Assembly (NCBI GenBank): GCA_050248855.1 | Contig: JBFWRP010000001.1 | Span: 96,001-160,000, forward strand | DNA: 64,000 nucleotides | Source of the DNA: Planctomycetota bacterium | Lineage (GTDB): Bacteria > Planctomycetota > PLA2 > JAEUHO01 | Direction: 5' to 3' | Part shown: piece by piece, positions 10,943 through 18,915 of the stretch | Layout of the letters: the number at the start of each line of letters is the position of its first letter | Position numbering within the stretch: the first letter of the stretch is position 1 | Notes under the pieces: generated by a model | What the model saw: only the letters and a program-made list of their open reading frames with translations | What the model was told of the DNA's origin: nothing | The model's database searches: none | Position numbers and translations under genes: made by a program

Positions 10943-11248
10943 ATGCCCGAGGCCCCCGTCGTCGAACCGGAGCAGACGACCGACACCACGACGCAGGACG
11001 CGCCGCGGTGGAAGGTCCTGCTCCACGACGACGACGTCACGACCATCGACTTCGTCGTGTGGCTCTTGATGCGCGTCTTTGCCAAGCCGGCGGAGGAAGC
11101 CGTGGAGCTGACGCTCAAGGTGCACCGCACGGGCGTGGCCATCGTGGCCGTCACCAGCTTCGAGCGCGCCGAGCTCTACGTGGAGCAGGTCCACTCGCTG
11201 GCCCGCCCCCGCGGCTATCCCCTCACCGCCACCCTCGAACAGGCCTAG
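10943..11248 (+). CDS. clpS: ATP-dependent Clp protease adaptor ClpS
   Basis: MPEAP..PRWKVLLHDDDVTTIDFVVWLLMRVF..LTLKVHRTG..YPLTATLE; GGAGG just upstream. Confidence 0.93.
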   Translation: MPEAPVVEPEQTTDTTTQDAPRWKVLLHDDDVTTIDFVVWLLMRVFAKPAEEAVELTLKVHRTGVAIVAVTSFERAELYVEQVHSLARPRGYPLTATLEQA

Positions 11249-11264
11249 GTGGGTGCACGATTTG

Positions 11265-11770
11265 GGGTGCGAGCGTGCGGCTCGCCAGATGCTTGGTCCC
11301 GCGCCTCCATCGGCTCCTCGAGTCCGTAGCACCTTGCGCGGCCGGCCAAGGCCGGCCGACGCAGACCACGAGTCGTCGCCGATGGAGGCGCGCTACCGTC
11401 GCCCTGGCGACCCGATGCGATGTCATTGCCCATCCAGGAAACCGTGTGTACGGAGGCGGGGCTTCCTTCCGCAGCTTGCCGATCGGTGCCCGCGCCTGGG
11501 AGGGATTCCTTCGGCAGGCTGCGGAAGGATTCCCCGCCACCTGCTGCCTCTGGTCCGCGGGTTCATCCCCCGCGCCGAAGGCGCAACCTGGCTTCTCATC
11601 CCCATGCCCAGGCCCCGATTGTCCAAGGGGCCGCCTACGCCGGCGGGCGACATGTCGCTCGACTACGTGATCGGGGCGCCAGGGCGAGGGCCGCGGGCAG
11701 CCGCGCGGTCTGTCCACGCAAGGACCCAGCGCGGCAATCCGCGGCCCCGCACCTGACGCGCCGCACCTTC
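11265..11770 (+). ncRNA. Candidate large structured non-coding RNA, family unknown, boundaries approximate
   Basis: No credible ORF. Helices 11300-11314/11378-11392, 11399-11409/11677-11687, 11455-11482/11511-11538, 11612-11621/11668-11677, 11688-11697/11738-11747; several imperfect pairs are G-U on the + strand. Confidence 0.5.
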
Positions 11771-11797
11771 GCGCGACACGAGCTTCGACCGACCCAG

Positions 11798-11938
11798 CTA
11801 GCAGGGCTCGTCGAGGAGGTCGCACGGCTCGTAGCAGGACCACGGGTCGTTGCAGCGAGCCTTCATGCAGCCGGCCAGCGTGAGCGTGCCGAGCGCGAGG
11901 GCGAGAACGGCGAGGATGCGGAAGTTACGAGCGCGCAT
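11798..11938 (-). CDS. Tiny Cys-rich lipoprotein (46 aa)
   Basis: MRARNFRILAVLALALGTLTLAG-CMKARCNDPWSCYEPCDLLDEPC: basic N-region, hydrophobic core, LAGC lipobox, GGAG SD. It is the tail of track ORF 11798..13420. Confidence 0.75.
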   Translation of the reverse strand: MRARNFRILAVLALALGTLTLAGCMKARCNDPWSCYEPCDLLDEPC

Positions 11939-11991
11939 GGAGACTCCAGGGGATGGGTGCCGGTAGGACGCGCCACCACGAAGCCCCTTGG

Positions 11992-12183
11992 TCAGGGGCA
12001 ACAGCGATCCGGAGGCGGGTCCTGACACAGGGACGGACAGACCGGGCCGAAGCGCCCCGGGGGCCACGCCTCGCACTCGCAGTCCACGGACCGGCTGGCA
12101 CAGCCCCCCAGGCCCAGCAGGGCCAGGAGCAGCAGTGCCAGCACGGCGCGGCCAGGAAGCGAACGGTGGTCGACGGTACGCAC
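11992..12183 (-). CDS. Tiny Cys-rich lipoprotein (63 aa)
   Basis: GTG start after GGAGG; AVLALLLLALLGLGG-C lipobox-like site; mature part CASRSVDCECEAWPPGRFGPVCPSLCQDPPPDRCCP. Confidence 0.68.
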   Translation of the reverse strand: MRTVDHRSLPGRAVLALLLLALLGLGGCASRSVDCECEAWPPGRFGPVCPSLCQDPPPDRCCP

Positions 12184-12337
12184 GGACGAGCCCTCCCTCG
12201 CATCGGCTGTCAGGCCCTGGCGACTTTACCGCCCGGCGGATCGGACCGGTAGCGAAGAGGCTTCGCGGCCCTACGGCCTCTCCCCCACGCGATGGCCGGG
12301 TGGCGGGGCCACCGCGGAGCCCGCTATGCTCCGCCCG

Positions 12338-14020
12338 ATGCACCGCGCCTTCCTGCTGCTCACGCTTGCCTCGTGCCTCACGGCCGCTTCCGCCTGGGCG
12401 CGCGACGACGATGTCGAGGCCCTCGTCGCCCAGCTCGAGAAGAACGCGCGGGATCCCTTCGAGCAGCGCGAGCGCGAGGCGGCGATCCGCAAGCTGGCCG
12501 ACGTGGCCACCCCTTCGGCGGCCGAGGCCCTGGTCCCGATCCTCGACGACCCCTTCGAGCACCTCCACGATCGCGTCGTGTCCGCATGGATCGAGATGCT
12601 GCGCACGAACCGTAGCGGCGACCTGCACACGATGTTCGCCCAGCGCCTCCTGAAGCACCGCAACCCGGCGGTTCGCGCCGGAGCGGCCACTGCGCTCGGG
12701 CTGTCCAGCGGTGCGGAGATGGCCGAGGACTTCCGCGGCTCGCTTCGCTCCGAGAAGGACGCGAGCGTTCTCGTGCGCCTCTGCCAGGGCGCCCTGAAGC
12801 TGCGGGAGAAGCCGGATCTGGCGGGTGCCTTCGTGCCCTTGCTCGGCCACAAGGACGGCGCCGTCGTCGAGGCGGCCGCCCTGGCTTGCGTGCGGTACGA
12901 GCCCGGCGACGAGACGGACGCCGCCCTGCGCAAGGCGCTCGCGCGCCACAGGGACCCGCTGGCGCGCGCGGGCGCGCTGCAGGCACTGGCGGCACGCGGA
13001 ACGCTGGCGGCGGCCGACTTCGGCGAAGGGTTCTCCGACGACGCGATCGAGACACGCGTGGCCCTTGCCCGTGCGTTGCCCTCCCCATCCCCCCATCTCG
13101 CGGTTCCCGGACCGGGGCGCGATGTGCTCGTGTCCCTCTTGGGCGACCCGTCGTGGCGTGTGCGGGTGGCGGCGGTGCAAGCAGCGCTTCGGCTCTGGCA
13201 CGCGGACGTCGTCATGCCCCTGATCGCGCGTCTGGAGGTCGAGACCGGCCGCGTGCGCGACGACGTGCACCGGGCCCTGGTCACGCTGACGGGCGCCGAT
13301 GTCGCCGCGGACGCGCAGCTGTGGACCGTGTGGTGGGCGGCGCGGGGCGAGACGTTCGACCCCGGCGAGCGCCCGGATGCGGACGCCGGGGGGCGGATCC
13401 GCTTCCGGGAGCCGCAGCACGGCAACGGCTCACCCGGTACGAAGACGGTCGCCTTCTACGACCTGCCGCTCGCGAGCGAGAGGCTGGTCTTCGTGTTCGA
13501 TCTCTCGGGCAGCATGGGCAAGGCGGACGGCGATGCCGCGGGACGCAGCAAGCTCGACGTGCTGCGCGAGCGGTTTGCGACCGTCCTGGCCGAGCTCCCC
13601 GAGTCGACGCACTTCGACGTGTGGGTGTGGCGCTACCCCAGCTCCTACCCGCCCAAGCCGAAGCTGGAGCGCGCCTTCGACAAGCTCCAGCCGCTGACGG
13701 CAGGCAACCGTGCCAAGGCCCAGAAGTGGATGGCCAAGCAGGAAGCCAAGGGCTGGGGCGCGTTCTTCGAGCCCATCGAGGCCGCCCTCACCGAGGACAT
13801 CGACACGCTGGTCCTCCTCTCGGACGGTGTACCCAGCCGAGGCCGCTACGAGCGCCGCGATCGCCTGCTCGTCGAAGTCGCCCAGGCCAACCGCTACGCG
13901 GGCCTTCGCGTGGACACGATCCTCGCCGGGACCAAGGGCACCGACCGCGCCTTCATGGACGACCTCGCCGCTTCGACGGGAGGCCGTTCCCGGGCCGTTG
14001 CCGGCCGCGAAGATCGCTGA
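12338..14020 (+). CDS. Exported HEAT-repeat protein with C-terminal vWA domain
   Basis: Signal peptide MHRAFLLL..AWA; HEAT-like repeats (HRNPAVRAGAATALG, DPSWRVRVAAVQA); vWA FVFDLSGSM..LLSDGVP. Alternative ATG at 12326. Confidence 0.85.
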   Translation: MHRAFLLLTLASCLTAASAWARDDDVEALVAQLEKNARDPFEQREREAAIRKLADVATPSAAEALVPILDDPFEHLHDRVVSAWIEMLRTNRSGDLHTMFAQRLLKHRNPAVRAGAATALGLSSGAEMAEDFRGSLRSEKDASVLVRLCQGALKLREKPDLAGAFVPLLGHKDGAVVEAAALACVRYEPGDETDAALRKALARHRDPLARAGALQALAARGTLAAADFGEGFSDDAIETRVALARALPSPSPHLAVPGPGRDVLVSLLGDPSWRVRVAAVQAALRLWHADVVMPLIARLEVETGRVRDDVHRALVTLTGADVAADAQLWTVWWAARGETFDPGERPDADAGGRIRFREPQHGNGSPGTKTVAFYDLPLASERLVFVFDLSGSMGKADGDAAGRSKLDVLRERFATVLAELPESTHFDVWVWRYPSSYPPKPKLERAFDKLQPLTAGNRAKAQKWMAKQEAKGWGAFFEPIEAALTEDIDTLVLLSDGVPSRGRYERRDRLLVEVAQANRYAGLRVDTILAGTKGTDRAFMDDLAASTGGRSRAVAGREDR

Positions 14021-14089
14021 CGGGCGGGCATCGTGGACCTCGAGGTGGGCGGTGGTAGCGTGCCGCCCGCCGTTGGACGGGAGAACCGC

Positions 14090-15190
14090 ATGCGCCAGAC
14101 GCCGCTCCGTGACCAGCATGTCGCCCTGGGGGCGCGCATGGTCGATTTCCACGGGTGGGAGATGCCCGTCCAGTACCGGGGCATCCTCGACGAGACCCGT
14201 TGCGTGCGCACGCGCGGCGGGATCTTCGACCTGTGCCACATGGGACGTCTCGAGATCACGGGGCCCGACCGCGAGCGTCTCGTCGAGCATGTCTTCAGCG
14301 CCAACCTCGGCAAGCTGAAGCATGGGCGTGCCAAGTACGGCTTCCTGCTCGACGAGGGCGGCTTCCCGCTCGATGACGTCCTCGTCTATCGCGACCACGA
14401 CCTCGTCCACATGGTGATCAACGCCACCGGGCGCGGGCACGACGGCGCCTGGATCGAGTCCCGGCGCGACGCTGCGGGACTGGACGCGCACGTGCGCGAG
14501 GTCTCCGACCAGCAGGCGATGATCGCGTTGCAGGGCCCCGTCTCCGAGGCCGTGCTGCAGCCGCTCTGCGACGCGGACCTGGGCAAGCTCCGCTACTACG
14601 CGTTCACCAACGCCACGGTTCGCGACGTCCCGACGCTGATCGCGCGCACGGGCTACACCGGGGAGGACGGCTTCGAGCTGTTCTTCGACCCGGCCGAGGC
14701 CGTGGCCACGTGGAAGGCCTTGCTGGCGACCGGCGCCGACCACGGGCTCGAGCCCATCGGCCTGGGCGCCCGGGACCTGCTGCGTCTCGAGGCCGGCATG
14801 CCTCTCTACGGTCAGGAGATCAACACGTCGATCGACCCGCTCGAGGCCGACTTGGCCTTCGGCGTGGACCTGGCCAAGACGGGCACCGTGGGCATTCCCG
14901 CGCTCGCCGACCGAAAGGCGCGGGGTCAGGCTCGCCACGCGGTCTCCCTCGCGGCCGAGGGTGGGCGCGTGCCGCGCACCGACACCGAGCTGTTCGATGC
15001 GCCCGAGAACGGCGAGCGCGTCGGGCGCGTCACGAGCGGCGGCGTCAGCCCGACGCTCGGGCGCACGATCGCACGAGCCCTCGTCCAGACGGGCCACGAG
15101 AGCCTGGGCACGACGCTCTGGGCCGACGTACGCGGCAAGCGCTGGCCCCTGCAGGTCGTCCCCCACCCCTTCTACCGACGCGGCGCTTGA
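14090..15190 (+). CDS. gcvT: Glycine cleavage system aminomethyltransferase T
   Basis: MRQTPLRDQH..GARMVDFHGWEMPVQY, FDLCHMG, ARTGYTGEDGFE, GLGARDLLRLEAG. Confidence 0.96.
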   Translation: MRQTPLRDQHVALGARMVDFHGWEMPVQYRGILDETRCVRTRGGIFDLCHMGRLEITGPDRERLVEHVFSANLGKLKHGRAKYGFLLDEGGFPLDDVLVYRDHDLVHMVINATGRGHDGAWIESRRDAAGLDAHVREVSDQQAMIALQGPVSEAVLQPLCDADLGKLRYYAFTNATVRDVPTLIARTGYTGEDGFELFFDPAEAVATWKALLATGADHGLEPIGLGARDLLRLEAGMPLYGQEINTSIDPLEADLAFGVDLAKTGTVGIPALADRKARGQARHAVSLAAEGGRVPRTDTELFDAPENGERVGRVTSGGVSPTLGRTIARALVQTGHESLGTTLWADVRGKRWPLQVVPHPFYRRGA

Positions 15191-15314
15191 CACCCCCGGG
15201 GGGCGGCCTCGTCCCAGGCGCCGGGCACGGCTTCCGCGGCCCGTCCCGGACGCACGCGGAGCGCGAGGTCCGTGGCAGGATGTGCCGCTCGTCCAAGGCT
15301 CCCGGGAGGGTTCC

Positions 15315-15698
15315 ATGTCCGATCGTCCGAACGACATCCGCTACACGTCGTCCCACGAGTGGGTCCGCAAGGAGGGCGGTGTCGCCACCATCGGCATCAC
15401 CGACTTCGCCGTGGAGCACCTCGGCGACCTCGTGTTCGTCCAGCTCCCCGAGGTCGGTGACGAGGTCTCGGCCGGCGACAGCGTCTGCGAGGTGGAGAGC
15501 GTCAAGGCCGTTGGCGAGGTCTACAGCCCGGTCTCCGGAGAGGTCGTCGAAGTGAACGCGGCACTGGGCGACGACCAAGGCCCGCTCGCCGGCGACCCGT
15601 TTGGTGCGGGCTGGCTGTTCAAGGTGAAGACCGACGACGACGTCTCCTCGCTGATGGACGTCGCCGCGTACGAGGCGCAGCTCGGCACGGCTTCCTGA
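15315..15698 (+). CDS. gcvH: Glycine cleavage system H protein
   Basis: YTSSHEWV, GITDFAVEHLGDLVFV, lipoyl-lysine motif VESVKA, DPFGAGWLF. Confidence 0.96.
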   Translation: MSDRPNDIRYTSSHEWVRKEGGVATIGITDFAVEHLGDLVFVQLPEVGDEVSAGDSVCEVESVKAVGEVYSPVSGEVVEVNAALGDDQGPLAGDPFGAGWLFKVKTDDDVSSLMDVAAYEAQLGTAS

Positions 15699-15748
15699 GA
15701 GGCGGACCAGCGTAGGGCGTTCCACGGGCGTCGCACGAAGGGGAAGGC

Positions 15749-16555
15749 ATGCACCCGGTCCTCGTCGACATCTCCGAGTCGATCAAGATCTACAGCTTCG
15801 GCACGTTCATCGTGCTCGCCTTCCTCGTGGCGTCGTGGTTCGCGCGTCGGCGCGCTTCCAAGCTGCTCGGCGTGGACAAGGAGCGCGTCTTCTCCGTCTG
15901 CTTCACGCTGCTCTTCATCGGGCTGCTCGGGGCGCGGATGGCCTACGTCTTCCTCAAGTACGAGGAGTTCGCCGCCCGACCGATGTCGTTCCTCGAGATC
16001 TGGAACGGCGGGCTCGTCTGGTACGGGGGGCTGATCGCCTGCTTGCTGTGGCTCTCGTGGTACCTGCCTCGCAGGCCCGAGCTCAAGGGCTTCGCCCTTC
16101 TCGACATCCTGGCGCTTGCGGCCTGCTTGGCCATCTTCGTGGGTCGCCAGGCAAGCTTCCTCAGCGGTGAGAACTACGGCAAGATTGCCCCCGGCCTCCC
16201 GTGGGCGGTCACCTTTCCCCCCGTCGCCTACACGCAGGTTCCCGGCAGCCACATCGGCCAGCCGCTCCACCCGACGCAGCTCTACCACGCGTTGCATGGC
16301 CTCGTGCTGTTCGGGCTGCTGCTCGTGGTCGCCAAGCGCAAGCCCGGCCCCGGTGCGCTCACCGGCCTGTTCCTCGTGCTGTACGCCGTCGGGCGCGCCG
16401 TGATCGAGATCTGGCGCGATGACGATGTCGCGCGCGGCATGGCGTTCGGCGGTCGCGTCAGCACGAGCCAGCTGATCTCGATCCCCATCTTCTTCCTCGG
16501 CCTCGCCCTGCTGCTGTCGCGCTGGCGCAAGCGTGCCTCCCGGCAGGAGGCCTGA
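15749..16555 (+). CDS. lgt: Prolipoprotein diacylglyceryl transferase
   Basis: Multi-TM protein with IWNGGLVWYGG, GRQASFLSGENYG, HPTQLY, GRAVIEIWR, STSQLIS. Confidence 0.88.
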   Translation: MHPVLVDISESIKIYSFGTFIVLAFLVASWFARRRASKLLGVDKERVFSVCFTLLFIGLLGARMAYVFLKYEEFAARPMSFLEIWNGGLVWYGGLIACLLWLSWYLPRRPELKGFALLDILALAACLAIFVGRQASFLSGENYGKIAPGLPWAVTFPPVAYTQVPGSHIGQPLHPTQLYHALHGLVLFGLLLVVAKRKPGPGALTGLFLVLYAVGRAVIEIWRDDDVARGMAFGGRVSTSQLISIPIFFLGLALLLSRWRKRASRQEA

Positions 16556-16631
16556 TCCTCCGGTGGACGACGGGCGAGATCCTCGTCCCGCCAGCCAGGA
16601 CCCGGCCAACGGCCCGGCAGCTGCGCCGCCC

Positions 16632-17063
16632 ATGTACCGCGGCCCCGACCGCCGCAAGCGGGCTACGCCCATGCTCTCGCGGTACTTGTTCCGCGGCCGC
16701 CGTCGCGCCGGCCGTCGCAAGGACGAACGCGACCTCATCTACGTCGATCGGCCTGGCGGCTGGATCCTTGGCGCGTTCATCGGCGTGGTCGGCCTCTCCC
16801 TGCTCGACGCGTGGTACACGCTGGACCTCCTGAAGAGCGGCGCGACCGAGGCGAACCCCGTCATGCGGGCCGCGCTGCACCTAGGCGATCAGCACTTCGT
16901 CCTCATCAAGACGGTGGTCACCATCGTGGCAACGTCGTTCCTGTGCCTGCACAAGAACTGGCCGCTCGGCCGCGTCTGCTTGGCCGCCGCGCTGCTCGGC
17001 TACAGCGCGCTCGTGCTCTACCACCTCCATGCCCAGGCCCTCGTCCGCGCCTTCGAGGGGTGA
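16632..17063 (+). CDS. DUF5658-like membrane protein
   Basis: DRR/GRRR..YVDR N-terminus; LSLLDAWYT..GATEANPVM..FVLIK motif; start uncertain (GTG 16563 possible). Confidence 0.72.
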   Translation: MYRGPDRRKRATPMLSRYLFRGRRRAGRRKDERDLIYVDRPGGWILGAFIGVVGLSLLDAWYTLDLLKSGATEANPVMRAALHLGDQHFVLIKTVVTIVATSFLCLHKNWPLGRVCLAAALLGYSALVLYHLHAQALVRAFEG

Positions 17064-17121
17064 TCGCACGCCACTGCCGATGCTCGCGGCCAGCGCTCCG
17101 TGGAACGCGCCGCCTGGCGTC

Positions 17122-18792
17122 TCAACGCCAGCTGGAGGGCGTGCAACGCGCGTAACGGGGTGCCGTCAGACGCAAGCGCTCCGACAGGCTGCCCGCCGCA
17201 CGCCAGAGCTCGGCCTCGGCGACGCGCGTGTCGATCTGGGCCCGGGCCAGCCGGGTCTGGGCCTCGGTCAGGAGCTCTTCCTGCTCGAGGACGCGGTACG
17301 GGGTGGACTTGCTCTCCGCGAGGCGCTGGCGCTCGCCGTCCAGTGACTCCCGGGCGGCCGCCACCTCGGCCTCGGCGGCGCGCCGCACGGCACTGGCCGT
17401 GCCCATCGCGCGGTGGGCGCGGCGCACGTCCTGCACGATCTGGTTCTCGAGCTGGCGCATCCTGAGCTGCGTCTGTTCGCGCGACCAGCCGGCCGCACGG
17501 AAGCGGGCCTTGGCGGCGCGCTGGCCCACGTACAGCGAGACCTCGAGGCCCAAGCCCATGGAGAGCACCTCGCCGCCGGCGGCGTCCTTCACGCTGTCGA
17601 ACCATCCCTCGCGAAAGCCGACCGTGCTGGCCGAGCCGACGAGGTCCACCGTCGGACGGAGCGCGTCGCGGGCTTCGAGCACCTCCACGCCGCGCGTGGC
17701 CAGCTCCGCTTGCAGCGCACGCAGCTCCGGCCGCGCCCCGAGAGCGAGGGCGACGGCCCGGGCCACGGGTAGCTGGTCGCCCGCCTGCAGCAGCGTGGCG
17801 GCGTCCGGATCGTCGACCGCCACGATGCGCGGCGCCGCCGTGGCATCCCGGAAGGGCCGAACCAGGGCCAGCAGGGCATCCGATGCATCGTCGAGGCTGC
17901 GCTCCGCCAAGAGCCGCTCGCTGCGGCGACGCTCCAGCCCCGCACGCGCCTCGGCGGCGTCCAGCGGCGTGGCCACCTCGGCTTGGATGCGGGCTTGGAT
18001 GTCGTCGAGGAGCTCGGCGGCCACCGCCTCCGAGGCCACTCGCGCGGCCATGTCGCGCTGGGCGAACGCAAGCTCCCAGTAGGCGCGAAGGACGGCGAGG
18101 ACGAGATCCTCGACGGCCGCGTCCTCGCCCGCGCGCGCGGCCGCCATGCCGTTGTGCGCCTTGAGGATCTCGCTCCGCGCGATGGAGCCGCCGCCTTGGC
18201 CCAGCGGCACGCGGAAGTCCACCGAGACACCATGCCGCCACGCCGGGTCGACCGTGGACAGCGGGCGTGTGGTGTCGATGCGGTCCGCGCGATAGAGGAG
18301 GGAGATCTCGCCCCCCGTCGGGAGGCGTCGGCGGACACCGCCGTAGGCGGACCAGGTCGTGGTCCGGATCGCACCGCTGCCGAAGAAGGTCGAGGTGCTC
18401 GGTTCCTCGTCGCGACGCAGCTCGACGCCCGCCGTGAGCAGCCGATCGAAGCCGGCCTCGGCCTGCAGGCGCTGCTGGGCGGCAATCGGCGTGTCGAGGC
18501 GACGCTCGGCCAGCCCCAGGTCCGAGAGCAGGGCCTGCTCCAGGGCCTCGCGCAGCGTGAGCGGAAGCTCGTCGGCTGCGACCGACCCGGCCAGCGGGTC
18601 CGCGTCCGCCAGCGGGTCCGCGTCCGCCGGCGGGGCCACGTCCTGCCCGGCACCACCCTCCGCGCCGGTGGCCTCGCCGGCAACGCCTGCCGGCGGCGGC
18701 CCGTTCGGAGCCTGCGCCTCGTCCGCGACCGCGTCGGCAGCGAACAGGAGCGCCAGCACCGCGGCGGCAAGAAGCGGTCGGATGCCAGGCAT
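17122..18792 (-). CDS. TolC-family outer-membrane efflux channel
   Basis: Signal peptide; LTLREALEQAL, VLRAYWEL, RPELRAL, DVRRAH; two-repeat OEP organisation. Confidence 0.88.
   Translation of the reverse strand: MPGIRPLLAAAVLALLFAADAVADEAQAPNGPPPAGVAGEATGAEGGAGQDVAPPADADPLADADPLAGSVAADELPLTLREALEQALLSDLGLAERRLDTPIAAQQRLQAEAGFDRLLTAGVELRRDEEPSTSTFFGSGAIRTTTWSAYGGVRRRLPTGGEISLLYRADRIDTTRPLSTVDPAWRHGVSVDFRVPLGQGGGSIARSEILKAHNGMAAARAGEDAAVEDLVLAVLRAYWELAFAQRDMAARVASEAVAAELLDDIQARIQAEVATPLDAAEARAGLERRRSERLLAERSLDDASDALLALVRPFRDATAAPRIVAVDDPDAATLLQAGDQLPVARAVALALGARPELRALQAELATRGVEVLEARDALRPTVDLVGSASTVGFREGWFDSVKDAAGGEVLSMGLGLEVSLYVGQRAAKARFRAAGWSREQTQLRMRQLENQIVQDVRRAHRAMGTASAVRRAAEAEVAAARESLDGERQRLAESKSTPYRVLEQEELLTEAQTRLARAQIDTRVAEAELWRAAGSLSERLRLTAPRYARCTPSSWR
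18590..18625. repeat. In-frame 18-bp tandem duplication encoding ADADPL twice
   Basis: GCCAGCGGGTCCGCGTCC occurs twice in the low-complexity N-terminal linker of the TolC gene. Confidence 0.85.
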
Positions 18793-18915
18793 GGGCCCTC
18801 CCGTGGGGCAGTCGGACGTCGGGCCCCTCTCGAACCCGGCTCCTACCCGGTTGCGGATCGTACGCCGGGGCGCGAGGCCGCGGCAGGAACCTCCCCCGCG
18901 CCGGTACCTGCCTGT

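Noticed and set aside
11430..11600. Resemblance to RNase P (AGGAAA..AACCTGGCTT) or SRP (GGAAGGAAGC on the minus strand)
   Set aside because: GAGGAAAGUCC and the P4 pairing are missing, and the SRP-like bases sit inside a long helix rather than a GNRA-capped loop. A covariance search should still be run.
2101..11770. Vault-like ribonucleoprotein idea (VIT-vWA protein next to a structured RNA)
   Set aside because: The protein appears exported and no major vault protein or TROVE gene is in the window.
11253..11843. ORFs across the structured intergenic region (11253..11756 +, 11223..11843 -, 11423..11653 -)
   Set aside because: Pro/Arg-rich translations with no recognisable motif or clear SD; extensive pairing explains the region better.
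14021..14089. Glycine riboswitch upstream of gcvT
   Set aside because: The gap is only about 70 nt and I could not build the aptamer core from it.
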